Positions 1 to 10,806 are shown, counted from the stretch's first letter. The stretch is 64,000 bases of DNA from an uncultured Gammaproteobacteria bacterium (GCA_964520695.1 CAZFNO010000001.1:8211-72210), one strand, 5' to 3'. Notes: generated from the letters alone by a model not told the origin. Made by a program: numbers and translations.

Positions 1-210
1 TTTTATTGTTCTTATTCCAAAAGGAACGCTGCACGGATTTATGGTAGTTTCAAATGAGCCGGCAGTTCTTCTTAATTTCCCAACAGCACTTTATAACCCG
101 CAGGACGAACTAAGAGTTCCATACAAAGAGGCGAATATTAAGGACTCGCAAGGAGTGCTTTTTAGTTGGGATACAATTAGGGCTCAATTCTCTCATCTTA
201 AAAGATAGTT

Positions 211-954
211 ATGGCAGTAAAGTCTTTATCTCTTATTATTCCTGCCTATAAGCAAGAAAAAACAATTACAAAAGATCTTAGGCAGCTTGATAAAGTACTA
301 TCAGCCCAAAGAATAGATTATGAATTAATTGTTGTAGTTGACGGATTTTTGGATAAAACTTTTGAGAATGCAAAGAAATTAAAGTTTAGCAGTTTAATTG
401 TTGAGGGATACAGGGAAAATAAAGGAAAGGGGTTTGCGATAAAACACGGAGTAAAAATAGCAAAAGGAGATATTATTGGATTTATTGATTCAGGAATGGA
501 CTTAGATCCCCAAGTGATCTCTATAATGCTTGATACTATGGAATGGAAAAAGGCAGATATTGTTATTGGTTCAAAGCTCCATCCTGATTCAAAAGTTAAT
601 TATCCCCCAATAAGAAAAGTTCTTTCCTGGGGATACAGGACAATTGTTAGAATTCTTTTTGATTTCAACATAAAAGATACACAGGTAGGCCTTAAGATAT
701 TCAGAAAAAAAGTTGCAAAAGACGTATTTCCAAGAATTATTATTAAGAATTTTGCATTTGATGTTGAGGTTTTGGCAGTTGCTAGGCTCTTGGGATACAA
801 AAAAATATATGAGTCACCGGTAAAATTAAGATTCAGAGCAGGGAGCATTACAAGTACGACTTTTCTTAAAACATCTTTCTGGATGCTTTGGGAAACTTTG
901 GCAGTTTTTTATAGAATGAATATTCTTAATTACTATAATAAAAAAAAGAAATAA
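211..954 (+). CDS. Family-2 glycosyltransferase (DPM1/GtrB-like catalytic domain, soluble)
   Basis: N-terminal 'LSLIIPAYKQE' strand, 'VVDGFLD' and 'DSGMDLDP' acidic motifs typical of the GT-A fold / GT2. Confidence 0.75.
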   Translation: MAVKSLSLIIPAYKQEKTITKDLRQLDKVLSAQRIDYELIVVVDGFLDKTFENAKKLKFSSLIVEGYRENKGKGFAIKHGVKIAKGDIIGFIDSGMDLDPQVISIMLDTMEWKKADIVIGSKLHPDSKVNYPPIRKVLSWGYRTIVRILFDFNIKDTQVGLKIFRKKVAKDVFPRIIIKNFAFDVEVLAVARLLGYKKIYESPVKLRFRAGSITSTTFLKTSFWMLWETLAVFYRMNILNYYNKKKK

Positions 955-992
955 GATGTAAGAGATAAGATATAAGAAAAAATACGTTAAAA

Positions 993-1019
993 AATTCATA
1001 TGTCATAAATCTTAAATCT
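993..1019 (+). promoter_or_regulatory. Conserved 27-nt upstream element, copy 1 (AATTCATATGTCATAAATCTTAAATCT)
   Basis: 25/27 identical to 24450..24476; ends 13 nt before the ATG of the ArnT-like gene. Confidence 0.5.
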
Positions 1020-1032
1020 AGTAAAATAAACA

Positions 1033-2352
1033 ATGAACAGAAAAAATGTAGTTATTATTTTTATTTCAATTCTCCTGCTTGGTTTTGTTTTGAGATTTCA
1101 TAATTTTACTGTTTGGCCCAGGCTTGGAGCAACTTTTGATGAATATGCCTGGACATGGCTAGGATTAAGTCTTATAAACAATCAGGTTCCGACTTCATGG
1201 TCGCCTCATATCGCATACGAAAATAATAGGAAATATAAAAAATATCAAGGAGCTGATTTTTGGATTGTTACGCCATATCTTGAGCATCCGCCTTTTTTTG
1301 GATTGGTTGCAGGAGGATTTGCAAAATTAAACGGGGCCGGTGATCTTTTTGACATATCAATTGACAAAATAAGGCCTCTTGCAATAATTCTTGGTGTATT
1401 GTCGATTGGCGCCCTTTTTTTATTAGTGAAAGAACTTTATGATAAAAAAACTGCGCTTTTAGCAAGTTTGATTTATGCTACAGTCCCAACAGTTGCAGTA
1501 GGGTCAAGAATAGTTCAAAACGAAAATTTTTTTATACCATTTTTCCTTTTATCACTCTTTCTCATTGTTAAGTTTATTCATACCAAAAAATCTCTTTTTA
1601 GAAATCTTGCCGCGATTATTTGCGGTTTACTGATTATTTCTAAAATCCCCTGGGTTGCAGCACCAATTGCAATTGTTGCAATTTTGTTTTTTGTTAAAAA
1701 ATATAAAGACGCAGGAAAGTTCTTAGCAATTGTTGGCCTCTTTTTCCTTTTTTATCTTTTTTATGGTTTTTACTTCAACTCGGAAATATTCATAGATTTA
1801 TGGAGACTTCAGCTAGCCCGGTATGATCTGACTTTTAATAGTATCTTTGCTCTTTTTACCGAGCCTTATCTTATTGACAGATATATGATTGACGGGTGGA
1901 TATATTTTGGCTGGTTTGCATTTGTCTTGCTTCTAACAAAAAATATCAAGGAAAATTTCGTTATTGTTTTTGGACTTCTGGCATATTTTGGAGTTTTTAT
2001 ATTTGCAATTCCAAATGAGCCGGGTCACGGCTGGTACAGATACCCATTTTATCCCTTTCTTGTTGTTTCATTGGCCTTATTCATCAAAGAGTATTTTAAT
2101 AAGAATCTATTGTTAACATTTCTCTTTGTTGTTTTAATAGGCTCCTCTCTTTTGGAACTGTCTTTCGGCAGACAATTTGGATTTTCCTTTGGTATATTTC
2201 GTTTATTTTTATTATCCACAGCGATAGTTTTACTTCCTCTATTCTTTAAAAACAAAAAAATCCAAAGATCATCATTTGTCTACAGCAATTTAATGCTTCT
2301 ATTTTTGTTTGTTCTTAATGTCTGGGCAGTATTTGAATACAACGAACAATGA
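1033..2352 (+). CDS. Polytopic membrane glycosyltransferase, GT-C fold (ArnT/PMT/GT39-like)
   Basis: ~11-12 hydrophobic helices; first external loop carries the 'FDEY' acidic motif characteristic of ArnT/PMT enzymes; stop overlaps next start (ATGA). Confidence 0.55.
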   Translation: MNRKNVVIIFISILLLGFVLRFHNFTVWPRLGATFDEYAWTWLGLSLINNQVPTSWSPHIAYENNRKYKKYQGADFWIVTPYLEHPPFFGLVAGGFAKLNGAGDLFDISIDKIRPLAIILGVLSIGALFLLVKELYDKKTALLASLIYATVPTVAVGSRIVQNENFFIPFFLLSLFLIVKFIHTKKSLFRNLAAIICGLLIISKIPWVAAPIAIVAILFFVKKYKDAGKFLAIVGLFFLFYLFYGFYFNSEIFIDLWRLQLARYDLTFNSIFALFTEPYLIDRYMIDGWIYFGWFAFVLLLTKNIKENFVIVFGLLAYFGVFIFAIPNEPGHGWYRYPFYPFLVVSLALFIKEYFNKNLLLTFLFVVLIGSSLLELSFGRQFGFSFGIFRLFLLSTAIVLLPLFFKNKKIQRSSFVYSNLMLLFLFVLNVWAVFEYNEQ

Positions 2353-3437
2353 GGATACTTATTTTAAACTGGAGAGATATAAAAAACCCAAAATCAGGCG
2401 GGGCGGAAATTGTAACTTTGGAGCACGCCAAAGCCTGGGTAAAAAAAGGTCACAGCGTTACCTGGTTTACTTCATCATTTAAAAAAGCAAAAAGAAAAGA
2501 GTTTTTAAACGGAGTAAAAATTGTAAGATTTGGAAATTTTATATCCGTTTATTTATTTGCTCCTTTTTATTATTTTTTTTCTGGGAATAAATTTGATGTT
2601 GTAATAGACCAAATCCACGGCCTCCCCTTTTTTACTCCTCTTTATGTTAGGGTGAAAAAAATTGTACTTATCCATGAAGTGGCTGGCCCAATTTGGGATT
2701 ATATGTATCCGTTTCCGATTAATTATATTGGAAGATTAATTGAACCAATTTATTTTAAGATTTATAAGAATGTGAAATTCTGGACTCCCAGCAACTCAAC
2801 CATAAATGATCTAGTAAGATACGGAATTAATCGCAAAAACTGCATAAAAATACACTGCGGAATAAATAATAAGGTTTTGGAAAAGTTACCAGTGAAAGAA
2901 AAAGACCCAACTTTTATATTTGTTAGCAGGATCGTGAGGATGAAAGGAATTGAAGACGTTATTAAATCTTTTTTTATAATTAATGACTCTATTAAAACTT
3001 CCTCGCTTTGGATCGTGGGAGAAGGAGAAAAAAAATATATTGATTATTTAAAAAAACGATTTAATCTTGATTCTCGAAAAAATGTGAAATTTTTTGGATT
3101 TGTTTCTGATCAAGAAAAGCTAAACCTAATGAGAAAAGCGCATTTACTTTTGCATGCATCTATTAAGGAAGGATGGGGGCTCGTTATAATTGAGGCAGCA
3201 AGCCAGGCAACACCCTCAGTCGTATATAATGTTTCCGGATTAAATGAATCAGTTGTGAGTAATAAAACTGGAATAGTTCTAAAAAAAGATACACCTGAAG
3301 AAATGGCCCTGTCCTCGATGCAGTTACTTAAAAATCCCAAGATTTATCAAAAATATCAAAAATACTCCCTAGATTTAGCAAAAAGTTTGACCTGGAATAA
3401 AGCTACTAAACAAAGTCTTAAATTAATAGAAACATAA
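2349..3437 (+). CDS. Family-4 (GT-B) glycosyltransferase
   Basis: C-terminal 'EGWGLVIIEAASQATP' E-x7-E motif region; N-terminal 'ILILNWRD..GGAE' typical of GT4. Confidence 0.75.
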   Translation: MRILILNWRDIKNPKSGGAEIVTLEHAKAWVKKGHSVTWFTSSFKKAKRKEFLNGVKIVRFGNFISVYLFAPFYYFFSGNKFDVVIDQIHGLPFFTPLYVRVKKIVLIHEVAGPIWDYMYPFPINYIGRLIEPIYFKIYKNVKFWTPSNSTINDLVRYGINRKNCIKIHCGINNKVLEKLPVKEKDPTFIFVSRIVRMKGIEDVIKSFFIINDSIKTSSLWIVGEGEKKYIDYLKKRFNLDSRKNVKFFGFVSDQEKLNLMRKAHLLLHASIKEGWGLVIIEAASQATPSVVYNVSGLNESVVSNKTGIVLKKDTPEEMALSSMQLLKNPKIYQKYQKYSLDLAKSLTWNKATKQSLKLIET

Positions 3438-3438
3438 G

Positions 3439-4278
3439 ATGAAAATATTTATAACTGGTGCGAATGGTCAATTAGGAAAAACTTTCTCTGAAATATATCC
3501 TAAAAAAAATTTATATCTTGGGACTAAAGAAAAATTGGATGTGACACGCAAAAGTCAGGTTTTAACGCAAATAAAAAAAAATAAACCTGAAATAATCTTG
3601 CATTTTGCTTCAATGACCAGGGGAGACGAATGTGCCAGAAATCCCCAAAAAGCATATGAGATAAACGTTAATGGCACAAAAAATATAGTTGAAGCCGCAA
3701 AAAAAAACAATTCAGTTTTATTATTTATAAGCACTAATGAGGTGTTTGATGGTAAGAAAAAAACCCCGTATACAGAAAGAGACAAACCTAATCCTATGAC
3801 GGTTATAGGTATGACAAAATACAATGCGGAAAAAATTATCCAGGAAAAACTAAGCGAGTACTTTATTATAAGAACGTCCTGGCTATATAGTAAATGGAGT
3901 CAGAACTTTCTTCAAACAGTTATTGCTAGGGCTAGGAAAAATAAAAAAATAAAGCTGGTCACGGATGAAATTAGTTCACCCACATATTCTTTGGATCTTT
4001 CATTAGCAATTAAAAAAATAATTTTAACGAAAAAATACGGAGTTTATCATCTTGTTAATACAGGGAAGGCTTCTAGGCTGGAGTTTGCACAAAAAGCATT
4101 CGAATTATCGGGCATTAATGGTACAGAAATAATTCCGATTAAACTCAGGAATTTTAATAGGCGATCAAAACCACCACTTTATACCCCTTTGGATAACAAG
4201 AAAGCAGGACAGTTGGGTATATCATTTCCTAGGTGGGAAAATGCATTAGAAGGATTTATTTCATCAGTTAGTATTTAA
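3439..4278 (+). CDS. dTDP-4-dehydrorhamnose reductase-like SDR (RmlD family)
   Basis: 'MKIFITGANGQLG' Rossmann motif, 'YxxxK' at 'TKYNAEK', length and layout match RmlD/RfbD. Confidence 0.6.
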   Translation: MKIFITGANGQLGKTFSEIYPKKNLYLGTKEKLDVTRKSQVLTQIKKNKPEIILHFASMTRGDECARNPQKAYEINVNGTKNIVEAAKKNNSVLLFISTNEVFDGKKKTPYTERDKPNPMTVIGMTKYNAEKIIQEKLSEYFIIRTSWLYSKWSQNFLQTVIARARKNKKIKLVTDEISSPTYSLDLSLAIKKIILTKKYGVYHLVNTGKASRLEFAQKAFELSGINGTEIIPIKLRNFNRRSKPPLYTPLDNKKAGQLGISFPRWENALEGFISSVSI

Positions 4279-4281
4279 CCT

Positions 4282-5124
4282 ATGAAAAAAACAAAACTCG
4301 TATCAATAGTTATTCCAACCAGAAATTCGGCAGATGTTTTAGAAAAGTGCTTAAAAAGTATTAAATCTCAGGTATATTCTAATGTTGAGATAATTATTGC
4401 GGATGGAAGGTCCAAGGACAATGTTGCTGATCTAGCAAAAAAATACAATTGCCGCTTTTATTTGTTTAATCCTAAAATAAAAGAGGTTTTTTTTGACGCG
4501 CCGCATAAAATAAACTTTGGTGTTTCAAAGGCAAAAGGAAAATATATTTATTGGTTAGATGCCGATATGGAAGTAACAAAAAACTTAATAAAAGAGGCGG
4601 TAGAAGTTTGTGAAAGGAAGGGTGCTGGATCAATAATTATTCCGGAAGAGTCATTTGGTGAGGGTATTTGGGCCAAAGCTAAGCAACTTGAGCGGCGATG
4701 TTACTGGGGAGATAATACGATTGAATCTCCGCGCTTCTTTATTAAAGAGGTTTGGGATGAGGTGGGAGGATTTGATTTAAGTCTTGGTGCTGGAGCAAAT
4801 GATTGGGATCTTCATTTGAAAGTGAAAGAGCATGGATATAAAGTTATGCGGACTAAGGGTTTGGTACTCCATAATGAAGGCAAACTGACATTAACCAAAC
4901 TATTTAAAAAAAGATATATGTATGGAAGGGAGGTCGTTAAGTATATTGAAAAAAGGCCAAAAGCAAGTTTTACCAGTTTTTTTCCAATAAGACGAGCGTA
5001 TATTAAAAACTGGAGAATGTTTGTTAAGTCTCCGATTGTTTCGATTGCATTTATTATCATGAGAACAGCAGAATACACTGGAGGTTTTTTAGGAATTGTT
5101 GCAAGTTATTTTCAAAAAAAGTAG
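4282..5124 (+). CDS. Family-2 glycosyltransferase
   Basis: 'VSIVIPTRNSADVLEKCLKSIKSQ' GT2 N-terminal signature, 'LDADM' DxD-like motif. Confidence 0.8.
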   Translation: MKKTKLVSIVIPTRNSADVLEKCLKSIKSQVYSNVEIIIADGRSKDNVADLAKKYNCRFYLFNPKIKEVFFDAPHKINFGVSKAKGKYIYWLDADMEVTKNLIKEAVEVCERKGAGSIIIPEESFGEGIWAKAKQLERRCYWGDNTIESPRFFIKEVWDEVGGFDLSLGAGANDWDLHLKVKEHGYKVMRTKGLVLHNEGKLTLTKLFKKRYMYGREVVKYIEKRPKASFTSFFPIRRAYIKNWRMFVKSPIVSIAFIIMRTAEYTGGFLGIVASYFQKK

Positions 5125-5134
5125 TTATTTAAAA

Positions 5135-6151
5135 ATGAAATCCAAAAATAAAAAACAATCGTCAATTTCTGTAATTATTCCAACTTATAATTCATCCCGC
5201 ACGATTGGTAAATGTCTTAAAAGTATAATAAATCAGGACTATCCAAAAAGTCTGATTGAAATAATTGTGGTTGATGGTGGATCGTCTGATAGCACTATTG
5301 ATATTGTAAAGAAGTTTGGAGCCAAAATAATAAAAGTTTCAAGTAGTCTTCAGAATGCCGAATATAACAAAGGAATAGGGATAAATTCGGCAAGAAATGA
5401 ACTATTACTGATGCTTGATCATGATAATATTCTGCCTCATAAAATGTGGTTACAAAAAATGGTTGAGCCATTGCAGGAAAACAAAAATGTTGTAGGTGTT
5501 GAGCCACTTCGTTTTCATTACGACAAAAACATGAAATTTATGGATAGATATTTTGCACTTCTTGGAGGTACTGATCCTGTTGCTTATTATCTTGGAAAAA
5601 ACTCTCACCTTTCATATATCTTTGACAAATATAATTTGTTGGGAAATGCAATTGATAAAGGAGAATATTATCTTGTTAGATTTTTTCCGAATAAGCTTCC
5701 TGCGATTGGTGGTAATGGAGCTTTAGTTAAAAGAAACATGATACTGCAATTCGCCAAATCGGATCCTGATAATTTTTTTCATATCGATGTTCACATGGAC
5801 CTTGTAAATAGGGGATTTAATACATACGCAATTGTTAAAGACACTATTATACATATGACGCATAGTCAATTTTTCTCTTTTTTGCGAAGAAGGATGTATT
5901 TTGTTGAGAAATATTATTATGAGGAATCCAAAAAGCGTCGTTATAGTATATATAATCCCAAAGAGGATAATTTAAAACTTCTGTATTATATTTTAATTTC
6001 TCTTACCATAATTAAGCCTCTTTTTGATTCTTTGAGAGGGTATCTTAAGTTAAGAGATAGTGCGTGGTTTGTACATCCTTTTATGTGTTTTTGTATGGTT
6101 TTTGCTTATGGAATACCTGTTATAAAATCAAGCATTTTTAAAAAAAGATGA
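5135..6151 (+). CDS. Family-2 glycosyltransferase
   Basis: 'ISVIIPTYNSSRTIGKCLKSIINQ', 'VVDGGSSD', 'MLDHDN'; start moved to the ATG at 5135 (ORF-track start 5096 overlaps the upstream gene). Confidence 0.8.
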   Translation: MKSKNKKQSSISVIIPTYNSSRTIGKCLKSIINQDYPKSLIEIIVVDGGSSDSTIDIVKKFGAKIIKVSSSLQNAEYNKGIGINSARNELLLMLDHDNILPHKMWLQKMVEPLQENKNVVGVEPLRFHYDKNMKFMDRYFALLGGTDPVAYYLGKNSHLSYIFDKYNLLGNAIDKGEYYLVRFFPNKLPAIGGNGALVKRNMILQFAKSDPDNFFHIDVHMDLVNRGFNTYAIVKDTIIHMTHSQFFSFLRRRMYFVEKYYYEESKKRRYSIYNPKEDNLKLLYYILISLTIIKPLFDSLRGYLKLRDSAWFVHPFMCFCMVFAYGIPVIKSSIFKKR

Positions 6152-7077
6152 ATATAAAAAATAAAAAAGTTTTAGTTACGGGCATAGATGGATTTGTAGG
6201 CAGTCATTTAAGCAATGCGTTAAATAGATTGGGGGCAGATGTTATTGGAATTTCAAAAATCAGAAAAGGAAAAGGCATATATAATATAGATATTGTTAAT
6301 TTTAAAAAGCTCAGTTATGTTTTTAAAAAAGAGAAAATAGAAATATGTTTTCATCTTGCCGGAGTCTCTCTTGTAGAGGAAGGACAAAAAAATCCTTACG
6401 ACACATTTAAAATTAATATTCTTGGAGCCCTTAATATTTTAGAGCTAACAAAAATCTATAATTTAGATCGAGTTATAGTAGCTTCTACAGCTCACGTATA
6501 TGGCGATAATATCCCTCCTTTTAAGGAAACTTACTATCCCCGTCCCTCAAGGCCATATGAAACATCAAAGGCAACAGTAGATTTAATCTCGCAAAGCTAT
6601 GCAGACACCTTCGATCTACCGGTACTGATTCCAAGATTTGTAAATATTTATGGACCAGGAGACGTTCATCAAACGCGACTTATACCAAAAACAATAAAAT
6701 CCGTACTTAAAGGAGAAAATCCTAAAATATGGGGAGGAGAAATAGTTAGGGACTATCTTTTTGTTGATGACGCAATTGATGGATATATAAAACTAGCAAC
6801 TGTTGATTTGAATAAAATTGGCAGGAACAGAATATTTAATTTTGGAAGCGGAAATAAGATATCAGTAATATCAATAGTGGAAAAAACAATTAAATTAAGC
6901 GGTAAACGATTAAAAATACGAAAGGAAAAGAATCAGCGGGAGCTTGAGATTGACCAACAATATGTATCTTTTGAGAAAGCAGATAAATTATTAGGATGGA
7001 GGCCTAAAGTAGGAATTGGTGAGGGTTTAAAGAAGACATTTAAATGGGCAAAAGAAATAGATACGGAAATAATTTAA
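6148..7077 (+). CDS. NAD-dependent sugar epimerase/dehydratase (extended SDR)
   Basis: 'VLVTGIDGFVGSHL' glycine-rich NAD motif, catalytic 'YETSK' (YxxxK). Confidence 0.7.
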   Translation: MNIKNKKVLVTGIDGFVGSHLSNALNRLGADVIGISKIRKGKGIYNIDIVNFKKLSYVFKKEKIEICFHLAGVSLVEEGQKNPYDTFKINILGALNILELTKIYNLDRVIVASTAHVYGDNIPPFKETYYPRPSRPYETSKATVDLISQSYADTFDLPVLIPRFVNIYGPGDVHQTRLIPKTIKSVLKGENPKIWGGEIVRDYLFVDDAIDGYIKLATVDLNKIGRNRIFNFGSGNKISVISIVEKTIKLSGKRLKIRKEKNQRELEIDQQYVSFEKADKLLGWRPKVGIGEGLKKTFKWAKEIDTEII

Positions 7078-7129
7078 AATCTAATTCTTCTTGTCAATAA
7101 TATTTCAATTTGCTATTCTCTTTAAGCAA

Positions 7130-8107
7130 ATGAGAAGAAATAAGACAGCCTTGGTTTTCGGCGCGGGTGGATTTATAGGTGGCCACTTAGTTAAAAAATT
7201 AAAAAAAGATGGATATTATGTTTTCGGAGTTGATCTTAAAAAACCTGAATACAGTGAAACTTTGGCAGACAAATTTATCCTTGGAGATCTGACAGAACAG
7301 AAATTTGTTAAAAAAGTTTTTAATAAAAAATATGACGAAGTTTACCAATTAGCAGCAGACATGGGAGGGGCAGGGTATATATTTACAGGCGACAATGATG
7401 CAAAAATTATGTATAGCTCCGCACTCATTAACTTAAATGTGCTTAATGAAATGGTAAATTCAAAATCAAAGAAAATTTTTTACTCCTCCTCTGCGTGTAT
7501 TTATCCTGAATACAATCAGCTAAATCCTGAAAATCCTAAGACGTCTGAGGACTCGGCCTATCCTGCCGAGCCTGATAGCGAATACGGCTGGGAAAAACTG
7601 TTTTCTGAGCGAATGTTTCTTGCTTATCACAGAAACTTTGGTTTAGAGGTAAGAATAGCCAGATTCCATAACATATTTGGACCTGAAGGAGTATGGAAAG
7701 GTGGACGGGAAAAATCGCCCGCAGCAATTTGCAGAAAAATTGCAGAAGCAAAAGAAGGAGGACAAATTGAGATATGGGGTGACGGTAAACAGACAAGATC
7801 ATATCTTTATATAGATGAGTGTCTTGAGGGAGTTAGAAGGTTTATGGACAGTAACTTTGCAGGCCCTGTGAATATAGGATCTGAAGAAATGGTAGCAATA
7901 AATGATTTAGCAAAAATGGTAATGAAAATAGCAAATAAGAAAGTGAAGCTAAAGCATGTAAAAGGTCCCCTTGGAGTACGAGGGCGTAAATCCGATAACG
8001 CTTTGATAAGAAAAAAGTTGGGTTGGGAGCCTAAAATTCCTCTTATTGACGGAATGACCAAGACCTATATTTGGATTGAGGCTCAAGTTAATAAGTCAGC
8101 AAGATAA
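7130..8107 (+). CDS. NAD-dependent sugar epimerase/dehydratase (extended SDR)
   Basis: 'ALVFGAGGFIGGHLV', catalytic 'YGWEK'; ATG at 7130 preferred over the ORF-track TTG at 7091. Confidence 0.7.
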   Translation: MRRNKTALVFGAGGFIGGHLVKKLKKDGYYVFGVDLKKPEYSETLADKFILGDLTEQKFVKKVFNKKYDEVYQLAADMGGAGYIFTGDNDAKIMYSSALINLNVLNEMVNSKSKKIFYSSSACIYPEYNQLNPENPKTSEDSAYPAEPDSEYGWEKLFSERMFLAYHRNFGLEVRIARFHNIFGPEGVWKGGREKSPAAICRKIAEAKEGGQIEIWGDGKQTRSYLYIDECLEGVRRFMDSNFAGPVNIGSEEMVAINDLAKMVMKIANKKVKLKHVKGPLGVRGRKSDNALIRKKLGWEPKIPLIDGMTKTYIWIEAQVNKSAR

Positions 8108-8116
8108 TTTAAACAG

Positions 8117-8932
8117 ATGATAAAAAATTTAGTTATAGGATCAGAGGGGTTTATTGGCAAACCGTTCTGTAACTTTTTGGAACAAAAAGGAGAAGAAGTA
8201 ATCCGATTTGATATTAAGAAAAATAAAAAAGAAGACGCTAGATTCTTTGAATTTAATTTTAAGAATATTGACAGAATTTATTTTCTTGCTTGGGACGTTG
8301 GCGGATCAAAGTATTTGTACGATTCGAAGCTCCAGATGAGGCAACTAAAATGGAACTTGGAGCTTATGACTAATGTTTTTGCGCATATTGAACGCCAAAA
8401 AAAACCATTTCTTTTTGTTTCAAGTCAGCTGGTTGAAGAATCCGATACTGTTTATGGAGTAACAAAAGCGTTGGGTGAGGTTTGGACAAAAGAATTAGGA
8501 GGGATCTCAGTGAGGGTCTGGAACGCATATGGAGTTATGGAGGAAAAAAATATAAAAAGTCATGTTATTTCCGATTTTATATATCAAGCGCTTGAGAAAA
8601 GAGTGATTAAAACGATGACCGATGGGACTGAATGGCGTCAGTTCACCCACATTAATGATTTATCACGAGCCTTTTATATGGCGCTAAATTCTAAGGAACT
8701 AAGAAGAAGCGTTTATGATGCAAGCAGTTATGAATGGGTAAGAATAATTGATATTGCAGAAATAATTTGCGAGCTAACAGGTGCAAAACTGATTCTAGGC
8801 AAAGTAAAAGGACATGATCCGTCTCCAGCGGTTAATGTTGGGAGAATTCCCGGATGGCTTCCCCAAGTCTCTTTGCATGAGGGAATAAAAGCAATGGTTG
8901 AGAAGGCACGCAAAAAACTTATTAATGACTAA
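8117..8932 (+). CDS. SDR-family sugar epimerase/reductase-like protein
   Basis: 'LVIGSEGFIGKPF' nucleotide-binding motif, 'YGVTKALGE' YxxxK. Confidence 0.6.
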   Translation: MIKNLVIGSEGFIGKPFCNFLEQKGEEVIRFDIKKNKKEDARFFEFNFKNIDRIYFLAWDVGGSKYLYDSKLQMRQLKWNLELMTNVFAHIERQKKPFLFVSSQLVEESDTVYGVTKALGEVWTKELGGISVRVWNAYGVMEEKNIKSHVISDFIYQALEKRVIKTMTDGTEWRQFTHINDLSRAFYMALNSKELRRSVYDASSYEWVRIIDIAEIICELTGAKLILGKVKGHDPSPAVNVGRIPGWLPQVSLHEGIKAMVEKARKKLIND

Positions 8933-10163
8933 AAACATACTCCCAAAGGAGACCTCAGTACTGTTTGTAAGTTTTTCAAAATGGAGCAATGGGAGAAGAC
9001 TGCCGACCAATGGAAGTATTGAACCTCTGAGAGATTTTTTGGTACCTAAGATAAAAAAATTAGTAATTATTGATCAGCTCCATCCAGGAAGTGAAGGTGT
9101 AATGCCAAAAATAGAAGAATACAAAAACCACAGCAAAAAGTTTAAGTCGTATAGATCTTCATGGTATTTACATTTTTTAAAACCCCTTCTTAACTTTTTT
9201 AATCAAAGCAAAACTCAACCAATTTTCAAAGTAAGAGATTTTTTATCGGTTATCGACTGGTCTTTAAGAGATAAAACAAAATTTGACTACTGTATCTGCC
9301 TTGAAAGTATAAATACAATTGCCGCAATAATTCTTAGAAAAATGGGCCGTGTTAAAAAAGTAGTATATTACGTTTCTGATTATTCACCAAATAGGTATAA
9401 AAGCAATTTGTTTAATAAAATCTACCTTTGGCTTGACAGATTTAGCGCAACAAATGCGGATTTTATTTGGGATGTTTCCCCTGCAATGCAAAAGGCAAGA
9501 ATTAGCGCAGGACTGGATTCTAAAAAGTCAGCCCCTGTAATTCATGTTCCTAATGGTTTATACCCCGATCAGATAAAAGCAAATCCTGCGGATAAAATTG
9601 AGCCTTATTCCCTTGTTTACATGGGAACTTTAACGGTAGACAACGGGCCGGATATTGCTATAAAAGCACTGGGAATAGTTCTTAGGAAATTTAAGGATGC
9701 AAAATTGCATATAATAGGAGGTACAAAGAAGGATATTATTTGGCTTGACAAAATTGCTAAAAAAATGAAGATTTCCAATTCAGTCATTTTTTACGGCTTT
9801 ATAGAAGATGGTGTAAAAATGTCAGAGATTCTAAGGAAATGTTCAGTCGGACTGGCGCCATATAGAGATATACCGGGATCGATAAGGCATTACGCCGATG
9901 CAGGCAAAATACGGGCTTACTGTGCTTCTGGACTTGCTGTTGTCAGTTCTTCGGTCCCACCTTTAGGCTTGGAAGTTGAAAAAAAAGGAGGAGCTGTAAT
10001 AACAGGTGACAACTCAAGGAGTTTTGCTAAGGCAATTGATAAAATATTCTCAGACCCAAAACTTTTTTCTTCACTTCGCAAAAATGCAGCAAATTATGCA
10101 AAAGACAGTACCTGGGAAAACACATTCATAAAAGCATTTAGTAAGATGAAAGAAGTTGAATGA
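8925..10163 (+). CDS. GT-B type glycosyltransferase (GT4-like)
   Basis: Two-Rossmann-domain layout, 'LVYMGTL..GPD' start of the C-terminal domain, 'HIIGG'; ATG at 8925 overlaps the upstream stop (ATGACTAA). Confidence 0.5.
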   Translation: MTKNILPKETSVLFVSFSKWSNGRRLPTNGSIEPLRDFLVPKIKKLVIIDQLHPGSEGVMPKIEEYKNHSKKFKSYRSSWYLHFLKPLLNFFNQSKTQPIFKVRDFLSVIDWSLRDKTKFDYCICLESINTIAAIILRKMGRVKKVVYYVSDYSPNRYKSNLFNKIYLWLDRFSATNADFIWDVSPAMQKARISAGLDSKKSAPVIHVPNGLYPDQIKANPADKIEPYSLVYMGTLTVDNGPDIAIKALGIVLRKFKDAKLHIIGGTKKDIIWLDKIAKKMKISNSVIFYGFIEDGVKMSEILRKCSVGLAPYRDIPGSIRHYADAGKIRAYCASGLAVVSSSVPPLGLEVEKKGGAVITGDNSRSFAKAIDKIFSDPKLFSSLRKNAANYAKDSTWENTFIKAFSKMKEVE

Positions 10164-10792
10164 GAGATTTTTTCCTAAAATTTCAAAACCTATTTTTTTA
10201 TTGGGTTTTACAAAGAGATTTGTCAAATTGCAATTCAGTTCTGGACGTTGGCTGCGGTTATCTTTCTCCTATTGCTAAAATTCCCAAAAATTTTAAAAGT
10301 GAGGGGATTGATATCCATAAAAAAACACTTAGTGAAAGCAAAAGGCATAATAATTATGACAAGTATACTTTGGGAGACATTAAAAAATTATCTAAAATTT
10401 ATAAAAAGAGAAGTTTTGATGTTTGCGTTTCAATTGATGTTATAGAGCATCTTTCGAAAAAAGATGCACGTAAACTTATTAAAGCTATGGAAAGTATATC
10501 TAAAAAGAAAGTTGTTTTGTTGACGCCCAATGGCTACTTAGAGCAGCATGATTACGATGGTAATCCATATCAAGTTCACAAATCTGGCTGGGCAAAATCG
10601 GATTTAGAAAAATTAGGATATTCAGTATATGGTTTAAGAGGATTAAAATATCTAAGAGGTGAAAATGCTTCAATAAAATTTAAACCCTGGATTTTTTGGG
10701 GAATCTTATCTTTTATATCAGAAATTTTGTTATTTATGAGTCCCTCATTATCCTTTGATCTTTACGCAACAAAAACACTAAAAGAAAAGTAG
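10160..10792 (+). CDS. Class I SAM-dependent methyltransferase
   Basis: 'VLDVGCGYLSP' motif I, 'FDVCVSIDVIEHL' motif II/III. Confidence 0.7.
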   Translation: MRDFFLKFQNLFFYWVLQRDLSNCNSVLDVGCGYLSPIAKIPKNFKSEGIDIHKKTLSESKRHNNYDKYTLGDIKKLSKIYKKRSFDVCVSIDVIEHLSKKDARKLIKAMESISKKKVVLLTPNGYLEQHDYDGNPYQVHKSGWAKSDLEKLGYSVYGLRGLKYLRGENASIKFKPWIFWGILSFISEILLFMSPSLSFDLYATKTLKEK

Positions 10793-10806
10793 AAAAAAAT
10801 AATCCA

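Noticed and set aside
600-848. Short antisense or alternative-frame ORFs inside long genes (600-848, 1268-1465, 3555-3824, 7536-7802, 30064-30405, 31150-31443, 47543-47953, 52095-52451, 58395-58775 and others in the track)
   Set aside because: They are fully embedded in well-supported CDSs, have low-complexity or hydrophobic frame-shadow composition, and lack start context. They are treated as spurious.
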